Source: Macrostomum hystrix (Eukaryota; Animalia; Platyhelminthes). Taken from it: 64,000 bases of DNA. Numbering within the stretch: the stretch's first letter is position 1; each line of letters opens with the position of its first letter. Location: the NCBI GenBank assembly GCA_950097015.1, contig CATNEN010000011.1, positions 5,146,001 through 5,210,000 on the forward strand, in the 5' to 3' direction. Made by a program: the position numbers and the translations under genes. Positions 35,479-47,121 of the stretch are shown here, in pieces. The notes under the pieces are model-generated. The model was not told the DNA's origin. It worked only from the letters and a program-made list of their open reading frames with translations, and did not search any database.

Positions 35479-36404
35479 CGATAGTCTATGGCAAAAACCT
35501 CTGGACGAATCTGCGTAGAGTTTCTGAATGAACATCGGAGCCGAAATGTAGTGAAGAAAATTCGTGTAGCTTTACATCCTGTCTCTTCTTCCTAGCAGAA
35601 GAAATCCTTGTGGCATGATTGCTGAATTAATTAAACAGCATCCATTGAGCGGGGATATTTCTGCTCGGCTGCCCGCTGTACGGCCTCAGCCTAAATTGAA
35701 TAATTCCGTCTTTTTTCCATAGCGTGCCGAATAGCATCGGGGCAGAGGAGAGCCGAAAGGCGGAAATCCACAACTACGCTCTTAGAACAGCTTCGCAGCC
35801 TAGACGTGTGGGTTAGCGTTCAACCAAGTCCAACGTCTTCCATGATGGTCCAAGACTTTCCTGCGCTGCCTGCGAATTCCTTGGGGTGCTGGGGATCTCG
35901 CGAATGAAGTTTTAGTATCCTTAGCACATCCTTAGTAAACCAAGCAACTGCGGCGACACTAACAACGACTCGATTCCTAGTGTCCGGAAGAAAATTCAAT
36001 AACAGGCAGCGCGACTCACGCTAAAGTAATGCACTCAAGGACCTTCTAAATTACTTAATTTGTGCCATGATAAAACGTATTTTAAAGTAGATGTCAATTT
36101 TCATGAATATCAAACCGTAGCTTAGAAATGTGATTGGCTCAATTTCATTTGCGTTTTTTTAATTTCAATCACTGTTGAATGTAAAACATAAAATACTAGC
36201 TACTCATTTCTGTCACTTATTATTAGTCTGACATTTTCGTTGACTCATTCAAGAACGAGGTAAAAGGACATTGTGACTGCCCGATGGTCCAATCTTTTAA
36301 GCTCAATGACCTACAATGGATATCTAAGAAAGTACACGTGAGCTACAGTGCATTGTGGTTTACAACACATCAGATGAGCCAGGGCACCACCGACTCACTT
36401 AAAA

Positions 36405-37110
36405 ATCAGAGGAGGGTAACAGGAGGGTAACCACAAGACTCACTAAAGAATGAGTGGAGGGTAATCGGAGGGTAACCACGAGACTCACTAAAGAATGAGT
36501 GGAGGGTAATCGGAGGGTAACCACGAGACTCACTAAAGAATCAGAGGAGGGTAACAGGAGGGTAACCACAAGACTCACTAAAGAATCAGTGGAGGGTAAT
36601 CGGAGGGTAGCCACGAGACTCACTAAAGAATCAGTGGAGGGTAACAGGAGAGTAACCACAAGACTCACTAAAGAATCAAAGGAGGGTAACAGGAGGGTAA
36701 CCACGGGACTCACTAAAGAATCAAAGGAGGGTAACAGGAGAGTAACCACGGGACTCACTAAAGAATCAGAGGAGGGTAACAGGAGAGTAACCACAAGACT
36801 CACTAAAGAATCAAAGGAGGGTAACAGGAGAGTAACCACGGGACTCACTAAAGAATCAGAGGAGGGTAACAGGAGAGTAACCACAAGACTCACTAAAGAA
36901 TCAGAGGAGGGTAACAGGAGAGTAACCACAAAACTCACTAAAGAATCAGAGGAGGGTAACAGGAGAGTAACCACAAGACTCACTAAAGAATCAGAGGAGG
37001 GTAACAGGAGGGTAACCATGAGACTCACTAAAGAATCAAAGGAGGGTAACAGGAGGGTAACCACCGACTCACTAAAAATTAGAGGAGGGTAATTAACGAC
37101 TCACTAAAGA
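36405..37110. repeat. 45-nt minisatellite
   Basis: ACTCACTAAAGAATCAGAGGAGGGTAACAGGAGGGTAACCACAAG units. Confidence 0.95.
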
Positions 37111-37747
37111 GTTTTAATTAGTTAAAATTCAGAACTGAATTGAGTACGTGCAAGTGCACTTGTCATTGATAAGAAAGGAGTTTTGAGTTGCACTTTATGA
37201 CTATGCATACAATACTATTATGCGCGGATTTCGCGAAGCATTGTGCTGGAATGCATTTTCTGGCTTACACTCGACCCACCATTGTAATCTCATCTGTCTC
37301 TCTATTATCAGTTTCCTTGAGATTAAACTTCTAACTAGAAATCTTTGGACAGTGCGCCGGAAGCCAAGCGGATATTAATTCAAGAAAATTCTATACTCAC
37401 TAAAAGCAATGGCTTTGAGTAATAACAGAAGCGAGTGCATCTATGAAATTGTTTCTATTTTGTTGCAGACGTTTACCAAAGTTGGGATTTGCGTTGATTT
37501 TTTTTTGTGAATCGCCACCAATAACTGAATGCCAGGCTGAGGTGGGCTAAGGTTGAATGGGGAGCAGCTAGGGAGATGAAGGAATCGCTGATCGTCATCG
37601 GTTGGGAGAAGTTTTCCAGAGCTCGCCAGGACACACAGAGAGAGAGAGAGCGGATGGGGGGTAGGAGGTCTTATTGGTGGGCACTCTGTTCTGCACACAG
37701 AAAAGGAGAAGATTTGTTCAACTTGAAGGCCAAGTGCCGTCAGCTAC

Positions 37748-37748
37748 C

Positions 37749-37782
<34 letters not shown>
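37748..37782. repeat. (CAG)n microsatellite in a GC-richer island
   Basis: About 10 GCA/CAG units next to a GA-rich tract; no convincing coding context. Confidence 0.8.
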
Positions 37783-38249
37783 TTTTAGCTGGCTGCCGCA
37801 GAGGAACATTAGCCAGGAGAGAAAAACCAGACACAGACAGAGAAGAGAGCAGGTTTATAAGTCCCCAACAGGGTACAACATTTCTGTTTGTTAATCTTTT
37901 GCTTATCCTAATCAGTCGTCTAGTGCGCAACATCTCCTGCAGTTAAATAATCATAACGCTTGAAGGTGTGTTTCTTATTTAAAATTCTTTTTTTACTTAT
38001 CTGTCATTTGCTCGTCTTTTTGCCTCTCAGATAAATCATTTCAGCACTCAGATAAGTACCAATTTAGATTGTATCGATCATCTTTGAACGGTTTGTCAGA
38101 AGGACGTATTATTAATTCTAGTCGACTCTATAAAAAGAACCCTGTTGACCATTGGTAAAAGCTTCAGACTTCAGAATAAGTTGACGGGGGTTCGAATTTC
38201 GGGTAAAAAATTAGATTCCCTAGTGCTTCAGTTCACACAGAATCGAATT

Positions 38250-40140
38250 AAGCTATATAGCAGGAATCGAACTAAGCCATAGCAGGAATCGAACTAAGCC
38301 ATAGCAGAAATCGAACTAAGCCATAACAGGAATCGAACTAAGCCATAGCAGGAATCGAACTAAGCCATAGCAGAAATCGAACTAAGCCATAGCAGGAATC
38401 GAACTAAGCCATAGCAGGAATCGAACTAAGCCATTGCAGGAATCGAACTAAGCCATAGAAGGAATCGAACTAAGCCATAGCAGGAATCGAACTAAGCCAT
38501 AGCAGAAATCGAACTAAGCCATAGCAGAAATCGAACTAAGCAATAGCAGGAATCGAACTAAGCCATAGCAGAAATCGAACTAAGCCATAGCAGGAATCGA
38601 ACTAAGCCATAGAAGGAATCGAACTAAGCCATAGCAGGAATCGAACTAAGCCATAGCAGGAATCGAACTAAGCCATAGCAGAAATCGAACTAAGCCATAG
38701 CAGGAATCGAACTAAGCCATAGCAGGAATCGAACTAAGCCATAGCAGGAATCGAACTAAGCCATTGCAGGAATCGAACTAAGCCATAGCAGGAATCGAAC
38801 TAAGCCATAGCAGGAATCGAACTAAGCCATAGCAGGAATCGAACTAAGCCATAGCAGGAATCGAACTAAGCCATAGCAGGAATCGAACTAAGCCATTGCA
38901 GGAATCGAACTAAACCGTAGATGTAATAGAACAAAACCGTAGATGGAATCGAACTAAACCGTAGATGGAATAGAACTAAACCGTAGATGGAATCGAACTA
39001 AACCGTAGATGGAATCGAACTAAACCGTAGATGGAATCGAACTAAACCGTAGAAGGAATCGAACTAAACCGTAGAAGGAATCGAACTAAACCGTAGATGG
39101 AATCGAACTAAACCGTAGATGGAATCGAACTAAACCGTAGATGGAATCGAACTAAACCGTAGAAGGAATCGAACTAAACCGTAGATGGAATCGAACTAAA
39201 CCGTAGATGGAATCGAACTAAACCGTAGAAGGAATCGAACTAAACCGTAGAAGGAATCGAACTAAACCGTAGATGGAATCGAACTAAACCGTAGAAGGAA
39301 TCGAACTAAACCGTAGAAGGAATCGAACTAAACCGTAGAAGGAATCGAACTAAACCGTAGAAGGAATCGAACTAAACCGTAGAAGGAATCGAACTAAACC
39401 GTAGATGGAATCGAACTAAACCGTAGATGGAATCGAACTAAACCGTAGATGGAATCGAACTAAACCGTAGAAGGAATCGAACTAAACCGTAGAAGGAATC
39501 GAACTAAACCGTAGATGGAATCGAACTAAACCGTAGATGGAATAGAACTAAACCGTAGATGGAATCGAACTAAACCGTAGATGGAATCGAACTTAACCGT
39601 AGATGGAATCGAACTAAACCGTAGATGGAATCGAACTAAACCGTAGATGGAATCGAACTAAACCGTAGATGGAATCGAACTAAACCGTAGAAGGAATCGA
39701 ACTAAACCGTAGAAGGAATCGAAGTAAAACATAGCAGGAATCGAACTAAGCCATTGCAGGAATCGAACTAAGCCATAGCAGGAATCGAACTAAGCCATAG
39801 CAGGAATCGAACTAAGCCATAGCAGAAATCGAACTAAGCCATAGCAGGAATCGAACTAAGCCATAGCAGGAATCGAACTAAGCCATAGCAGGAATCGAAC
39901 TAAGCCATAGCAGGAATCGAACTAAGCCATAGCAGGAATCGAACTAAGCCGTAGCAGAAATCGAACTAAGCCATAGCAGGAATCGAACTAAGCCATAGCA
40001 GGAATCGAACTAAGCCATAGCAGGAATCGAACTAAGCCATAGCAGGAATCGAACTAAGCCATAGCAGGAATCGAACTAAGCCATAGCAGGAATCGAACTA
40101 AGCCATAGCAGGAATCGAACTAAGCCATAGCAGGAATCAT
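38250..40140. repeat. 22-nt satellite with A-B-A block structure
   Basis: Type A GCAGGAATCGAACTAAGCCATA (38250-38900 and 39730-40140); type B GA(T/A)GGAATCGAACTAAACCGTA (38905-39720). Confidence 0.96.
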
Positions 40141-40399
40141 AATTATAGTTTATACGGCAAAAAGTACATTTAAGTGCATGCCAGTGTTTAGATTCCAGCT
40201 AAGCAGTGATTGATTGTAGCGTATTGAAGACCTGACGAGTTTTGTGACTAAACATCTTGAATCGATGCATCATGTCGGGGAAATTTACAAAGTTTTCAGA
40301 AGTAAAGCCAAGATTTGAACTGTTAACTGCAACAAGAGAAGTACATTTTGACTACTTCTTCTGGCGTGCTTTTGTTAGTTGTAAAAAGGCCAATTTGGG

Positions 40400-40760
40400 A
40401 TCCAAGTAGATTGATTGGGATCTGAGTAGATTGATTGGGGATTTGAGTTGATTGATTGGAGATCTTAGTAGATTGATTGGGGATTTTAGTTGATTGATTG
40501 GGGATCTTAGTAGATTGATTGGGATCTGAGTAGATTGATTGAGATCTGAGTAGATTATTTGGATCTGAGTAGATTATTTGGATCTGAGTAGATTGATTGA
40601 GATCTGAGTAGATTGATTGGGGATTTTAGTTGATTGATTGGGGATCTTAGTAGATTGATTGGGATCTGAGTAGATTGATTGAGATCTGAGTAGATTATTT
40701 GGATCTGAGTAGATTATTGAGATCTGAGTAACTTGATTGGGATCTGAGTTTTCTGATTGG
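40400..40760. repeat. Degenerate ~20-22-nt minisatellite
   Basis: GGATCTGAGTAGATTGATTG-like units. Confidence 0.85.
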
Positions 40761-41249
40761 ATGTTTGTCACGTGCTTATATTAAGAATTTCCCGCTTTGT
40801 TTCTATAAATAGAAACATTCTTTTTTCTCTGCATAAAGACCAAGTGGATATTTCAAATACCTACTGCTTACTTCAGGCTAGCTCCCACGCTACTAACTTT
40901 CCACCAGACAAGTGGTAGACACCCCGGCGAGAATCGTTGAATGTCTCGACTATGCTGATGTTTCGTGATTATAGATTTTTTCATTGAATGAAGCCGAAAA
41001 TTTTAAGCCTGTTTTCTGAATTTTCATGGCAGTTGGTTGAATATTTAAATAGATAAAAAAAGAAAAACGTGTGTTTGAAATACCCTCTTTGGTCTTTCAA
41101 CTCCTAAGTGATTCTTGACATACCTTTCCTACTTCCTAGGCCTAAAAAGGAATACTTTGACGCTTAAATACACAAGTTTATAATGCTTCTCTGTTGACTG
41201 TTCAAGCTAAAAGTGCATTTGGAAAGCTTTCCATTTAAATTGGAAAGCT

Positions 41250-41650
41250 ACCTGTCTAACTACTTGTCTAACATGTCACTACCTGTCTAACACGTCACTA
41301 CCTGTCTAACACTTCACTACCTGTCTAACAGGTCACTACCTGTCTAACATTTCACTACCTGTCTAACATGTCACTACCTGTCTAACACGTCACTACCTGT
41401 CTAACACGTCACTACCTGTCTAACACTTCACTACCTGTCTAACACTTCACTACCTGTCTAACATGTCACTACCTGTCTAACACGTCACTACCTGTCTAAC
41501 ACTTCATTACCTGTCTAACAGGTCACTACCTGTCTAACAGGTCACTTACCTGCTGTCTAACATGTCACTACCTGTCTAACAGGTCACTACCAGTCTAATA
41601 GGTCACTACCTGTCTAATAGGTCACTACCTGTCTAACAGGTCACTACCCT
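41250..41650. repeat. 19-nt minisatellite (TGTTAGA core on minus strand)
   Basis: CTACCTGTCTAACACGTCA-like units. Confidence 0.93.
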
Positions 41651-42776
41651 GTTAGCCGATGCAACATTTTGTGTCTTAAAAAGGATTTTTTGACAAAGGC
41701 TCACAGCATTATTGGGGCCAAAACACGCAGCAGCTTTAGTTAGCAGAGAGGAGAGCGGAGAGAGGAGAGAGAGATATGGGATGAGGTCAGGAGAACTGGC
41801 AGCATTGTTAGATTAGCTTTAAGCCATGTATCACCGCAGCAACTTGTGCTTTAAACTTGCCATAGCCGCCTAACACACACACACACACACACTCACACAC
41901 CTGAGCTGAACACGTGAATTGCCAATACCGCACTTAGTGCCCAGCAAGGTATTGCTCCGTGACGCAGTCGTGCAAGAGAATGGAAAGTCAAAGTCAGCCC
42001 ATGGAGCGGGCTGCTGTTTAATAAAATGCAAGGACAGGAAATTGCTGGTAAAAGTGCTTTATAATTAGCCGCATGAATACGACTGCAGGCATTGCTAGCA
42101 GTGCAAAACACGTGCAACCCAACACAATCACCTGTTGGCTTAGGCTATTAATATTTTACGGCATATATTAATCTGAGAGCTGATCAGATAAGATATCCCA
42201 TGGTGGGACAGTTTTGCATCATCGTAGCCGCTCGAATTGTGAATATTTACATATTACGAGCTATTATTTTCCAACACTTCCCCAATCTTGACCGTTCGAT
42301 AAATTAAACTCAAGCAAAAGATAAGCATTCTTCTGATTAACTCCCTGTTACGAGTGTTTTTTCATCTGCAAAACACATAATACATGCATTTGCTACGCAT
42401 TCTAATACTTTTTAACCGGGTAAGTAGTATGCAATGAATACGAGCAAATTTTTCTTTAAACGTCGAAAAAAAGAAAAAAGTACAAGTAATTGCCGTATCC
42501 ACTGTAAAAAGGAACTACTGATAGCCCCAATTAGAACGTTTTAAAAACTTTTTTAGTAAAGTGCCTATGAGACTGGAAATAAGGTAATATATTTCAATGG
42601 AAACACTTTAGTGCGCGCAGCTCTTTATAAAACCTCCTTGCCAGCAGTGAAATTTTCCCAACCAATGGGAAAACATCTCGAAATTCACCCCCAGTACTGT
42701 CGAATTGATTCTTGCCAATCATGCTCAAACCGACCTCCCCACTCCGCTCCCTAAGCCTCAGACCGTCTCAGCCGAA

Positions 42777-44378
42777 ATGCTGTACGTTCCCTCGTACATG
42801 AGCCCAAGTTATGGCGGCGGCGGCGGCAGCGGAGGGCGACATCATCTGCTAGACGATGACCGATCCAACAGCATCCTCGGCGGTGGCACCGGGGTCGGTG
42901 GCATGATCGGCTGGCAGCAGGGGGCGCAGACCTCCTTTCTTAACCGCCCCGGGCTTCGGCACGGCTACTCAAAGAAGCGCAGGAAGAAGGGCATCATTGT
43001 TTCCTCAGCCGCTTCGTCGTCAGCGGGCCATCACCAGGTGCGCTTCGAGCCTCGAGTGTCTCACCTGCCCAGGCCGCATCGGCAGCGTCTACAAAATCGG
43101 CACAGCGGCGGCGACAAAGACTCCGAGGACAAAGACTCCGAGGACAATGACGCCGAAACTGAAGATGCCGACCACAACGACCGACTGCTTGCTTCGACTC
43201 CTTCGCGAGTGCGTCTTGCGTCTCCTGTTAGTGGGTTTCACGACTGCCACCTGCTGGGCTGCGAGCGGGTGCGCCTGAATGTGTCCGGGATGCACTTTGA
43301 AACGCGGCTGGGCGTCCTGAACCAGCACCCCAGGACTCTTCTGGGCAACCCGCAGAAGCGAGCTCGCTATTATGATCCGCGGCATCGCGAATACTTCCTT
43401 GACAGGCACCGGCCAACCTTTGAAGCCGTGTTCAATTACTACCTGTACGGTGGCAAGCTCAAACGGCCGCCAACAGTTACAGACGACATCTTCCTCTCCG
43501 AGCTGGAGTTCTACGAAATCGAGCGGGAAGTTATCGACGCCTACAAGAAGGACGAGGGCTACATCTCCGAGACAGTCGTGCTGCCCGAGCATCCGGTCAA
43601 GCGTCGGGTCTGGATGCTGTTCGAGTACCCCGAGACAAGCACACCAGCATTTTTCGTAGCCATCGTCTCCGTCCTGTTCACCGTCGTGTCCATCATTCTG
43701 TTCTGCGTTGAGACGCTGAAAGAGTTCAAAGACTCGCACTGCGTCAGCCATGAGCTGCCCAACTTCCTTGACCCGTTCTTCATCATTGAGAGCGCCTGCA
43801 CCGCTTGGTTCACCTTCGAGCTGCTGATTCGCTTCAGCGTCTGCCCATCCAAGCAGGTCTTCATCAAGGATATGAAGAACGCGGTGGATTTCTCAGCGAT
43901 CGTACCGTACTATGTGACCCTCACCAATGTGCTCATCACAATGAGCTGCGAGGGTGCCAAGTCGAGCGCCTCCCTAGCATTCCTGCGCGTGGTCCGTCTG
44001 ATCCGAGTGTTCAAACTCACCAAACACTTTGACGGCCTGCAAGTCCTGGTCCTGACCTTCCGAGCCAGCATCGAGGGCCTGGGCCTGTTCCTAGTAGCCC
44101 TGATAGTCTGCATCCTGCTGTTCTCGTCAACCATCTACTATGTGGAGAGCGAGGTTCGCGGCTCCCAGATTGAGAGCATCCCAGATGCGTTCTGGTGGGC
44201 GGTGATCACAATGTGCACCGTCGGGTATGGCGACAAGGTGCCGAAGGGTCCGCTGGGCAAGCTGGTTGGCTCTGTGTGCGCGGTGGCTGGAGTCCTGACC
44301 CTGGCCATTCCTGTGCCCATCATCACCGAGAACTTCAACAAATTCTACACACACAAGACTGGCCGCGGAAGGCACTGA
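42777..44378 (+). CDS. Shaker: Shaker-family (Kv1) voltage-gated potassium channel alpha subunit, single coding exon
   Basis: T1 domain (ERVRLNVSGMHFET...HPRTLLGN...EYFLDRHRPTF), VWMLFEYPE, S1-S6, S4 LRVVRLIRVFKLTKH, pore PDAFWWAVITMCTVGYGD, S6 LAIPVPII. First ATG of the ORF taken as start; a 5' exon cannot be excluded. Confidence 0.95.
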   Translation: MLYVPSYMSPSYGGGGGSGGRHHLLDDDRSNSILGGGTGVGGMIGWQQGAQTSFLNRPGLRHGYSKKRRKKGIIVSSAASSSAGHHQVRFEPRVSHLPRPHRQRLQNRHSGGDKDSEDKDSEDNDAETEDADHNDRLLASTPSRVRLASPVSGFHDCHLLGCERVRLNVSGMHFETRLGVLNQHPRTLLGNPQKRARYYDPRHREYFLDRHRPTFEAVFNYYLYGGKLKRPPTVTDDIFLSELEFYEIEREVIDAYKKDEGYISETVVLPEHPVKRRVWMLFEYPETSTPAFFVAIVSVLFTVVSIILFCVETLKEFKDSHCVSHELPNFLDPFFIIESACTAWFTFELLIRFSVCPSKQVFIKDMKNAVDFSAIVPYYVTLTNVLITMSCEGAKSSASLAFLRVVRLIRVFKLTKHFDGLQVLVLTFRASIEGLGLFLVALIVCILLFSSTIYYVESEVRGSQIESIPDAFWWAVITMCTVGYGDKVPKGPLGKLVGSVCAVAGVLTLAIPVPIITENFNKFYTHKTGRGRH

Positions 44379-44579
44379 TGCCGAAGTCTCTCTGCAATTC
44401 CCTTCAATCTGAGCTGGCTATATTGAAAAAGCTTCCCTTATTCTTGTTTCGATTTCCAGTTAATCTAGCATTATTCTCTGTTTAATCCCACCATATATCA
44501 CTATTTGCAAACCCGATAAATCACGTTTAAATCCGACCTGCAGCTCTGCATAGTTGCCAACTTCGACAATTTTCCTTTC

Positions 44580-45270
44580 CCCGACCTACCTGTCTCCCTA
44601 ATCTACCCCTCCTCTGTTTCTCCGCTATGTACCCCTCCTGTGTCTCCCTAATCTACCCCTCCTGTGTCTCCCCAATCTACCCCTCCTGTGTCTTCCTAAT
44701 CTACCCCTCCTGGGTCTCCCCAATCTACCCCTCCTGTGTCTCCCCTACCTACTTCTCCTCTGTTTCTCCCCTATCTACCCCTCATCTGTTTCTCCCCAAT
44801 CTACCCCTCCTGTGTCTCCCCAATCTACCCCTCCTGTGTCTCCCCAATCTACCCCTCCTGTGTCTCCCTAATCTACCCCTCATCTGTTTCTCCCCTATCT
44901 ACCCGTCCCCTGTTTCTCCCCTATCTACCCCTCCTCTGTTTCTCCCCTATCTACCCCTCCTCTGTTTCTCCCATATCTACCCCTCCTGTGTCTCCCTAAT
45001 CTACCCCTCCTGTGTCTCCCTAATCTACCCCTCCCCTGTTTCTCCCCTATCTACCCCTCCTCTGTTTCTCCCCTATCTAACCCTCATCTGTTTCTCCCCT
45101 GTCTAACCCTTATCTATTTCTCCCCTATCTACCCCTCATCTATTTCTCCCCTATCTACCCCTCATCTGTTTCTCCCCTGTCTAACCCTTATCTATTTCTC
45201 CCCTATCTACCCCTCATCTATTTCTCCCCTATCTACCCCTCATCTGTTTCTCCCATATCTACCCCTTCGT
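44580..45270. repeat. 24-nt C-rich minisatellite
   Basis: CTACCCCTCCTGTGTCTCCCCAAT-like units starting ~200 nt after the Kv stop codon. Confidence 0.93.
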
Positions 45271-45529
45271 GTGTATTATTTATAACTTTATTTTTCTTAC
45301 TAAAACTGATTGTTAGCATAGCAAACTTCTGTGATTAAGTATTAGCAAATTTGAAAACAAGAAAAACATTGATACATTTTTTCAACGTAAAATCTTGTGC
45401 ATAATCTTACAAAAATTCACAATTCGATTTTAATTATATGCGACAATAATTTTTTGCAAGAATACCCAGAAGTACAACAAGTTTTTGAGGAGTCACTTAA
45501 TGTACTTTGACAGCAAATAATATTTGAAG

Positions 45530-46300
45530 GTCAGTATCATTTGACAGTCAGTGTCATTTGACAGTCCAGTTTCATTTGACAGTCAGTGTCATTTGACAGT
45601 CAGTGTCATTTGACAGTCAGTGTCATTTGACAGTCAGTGTCATTTGACAAGTCAGTGTCATTTGACAGTCAGTGTCATTTGACAGTCAGTGTCATTTGAC
45701 AGTCAGTGTCATTTGACAGTCAGTGTCATTTGACAGTCAGTGTCATTTGACAGTCAGTGTCATTTGACAGTCAGTGTCATTTGACAAGTCAGTGTCATTT
45801 GACAGTCAGTGTCATTTGACAGTCAGTGTCATTTGACAGTCAGTGTCATTTGACAGTCAGTGTCATTTGACAGTCAGTGTCATTTGACAGTCAGTGTCAT
45901 TTGACAAGTCAGTGTCATTTGACAGTCAGTGTCATTTGACAGTCCAGTGTCATTTGACAGTCCAGTGTCATTTGACAGTCAGTGTCATTTGACAGTCCAG
46001 TGTCATTTGACAGTCAGTGTCATTTGACAGTCCAGTGTCATTTGACAGTCCAGTGTCATTTGACAGTCCAGTGTCATTTGACAGTCAGTGTCATTTGACA
46101 GTCAGTGTCATTTGACAGTCCAGTGTCATTTGACAGTCAGTGTCATTTGACAGTCCAGTGTCATTTGACAGTCAGTGTCATTTGACAGTCCAGTGTCATT
46201 TGACAGTCCAGTGTCATTTGACAGTCAGTGTCATTTGACAGTCCAGTGTCATTTGACAGTCCAGTGTCATTTGACAGTCAGTGTCATTTGACAGTCCAGC
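45530..46300. repeat. 17/18-nt quasi-palindromic minisatellite
   Basis: CAGTGTCATTTGACAGT(C) units containing TGTCA-TT-TGACA. Confidence 0.96.
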
Positions 46301-47121
46301 GTCAAAGTCAAAGACGGCATATATTCGTAAAATGGATCGTTGAAGATAAATTTATGATTTAGCGTCAATAATATTGGTGCAGGTTTATTTCTAGGCATCA
46401 AAAGATTAGCTTATTAATCTCAAGACTATTTTATCTGCGCTGAAGGATTAAAGTCTTCTATTATCCGCGCAGAGGGGATCATTGCGCGGAGCCTTAGATC
46501 TTGGTTGAGCTTTTACTAGGATTAAATTTAGTCCCGGGGATATTATATAGCATGGGATAAGTGGGACAACTACGAATGCAAATTTTCCTACTTGGTGCGT
46601 AGTCAATTTATTTTTGTGCCACCCTATCTTTCAAAACGGCTATCCTCTTTCCTGTAGCCCAACACAATGAACCGTCAAGCGGAGTGGATCCTGCGGATCA
46701 TGGGAAGCTGGCCTCGCATTGGGGAAGGGACTCCCTGGCAACTGATTTTTGCCGATTCAGGAAAATAGGAGAATTTAAGATCAGAAGGGAGAAAGATATA
46801 TTAAAAATGAGAGTAAAATTCTATATTACTATTCCTCTATGAATGGATCAACTGATCAGGCAGCGCAGGCATAAATATCCCAAATCCTTGTGGAGCCATC
46901 AAACAGTTCAAAGCCGTATTAATTGGAGTGCATCACAAAATTTAATAGTGTCTGTTGGCAAAGTACATTATAAAGTACTGACTATGAGTTAGTTTTGCTC
47001 TCTTAGTGATTCAAATTTATTTGAAAGATTTCACTAAAAAGAACAAATAATATAACTGTTACTAAACACTTAAAGTTCGCAGCTTAATATTAACTGTTAT
47101 CGTTAAATATTGAAAGGCAGT

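Noticed and set aside
37091-37110. AATTAACGACTCACTAAAGA, resembling T3/T7 phage promoters (vector contamination?)
   Set aside because: It is the degenerate last unit of the 45-nt array (GACTCACTAAAG is in every unit), and there is no flanking vector sequence.
37576-37946. Poly-Q/poly-A short ORFs as a separate gene
   Set aside because: Only a CAG microsatellite supports them; the island might be a Kv 5' UTR exon, but I cannot show a splice link.
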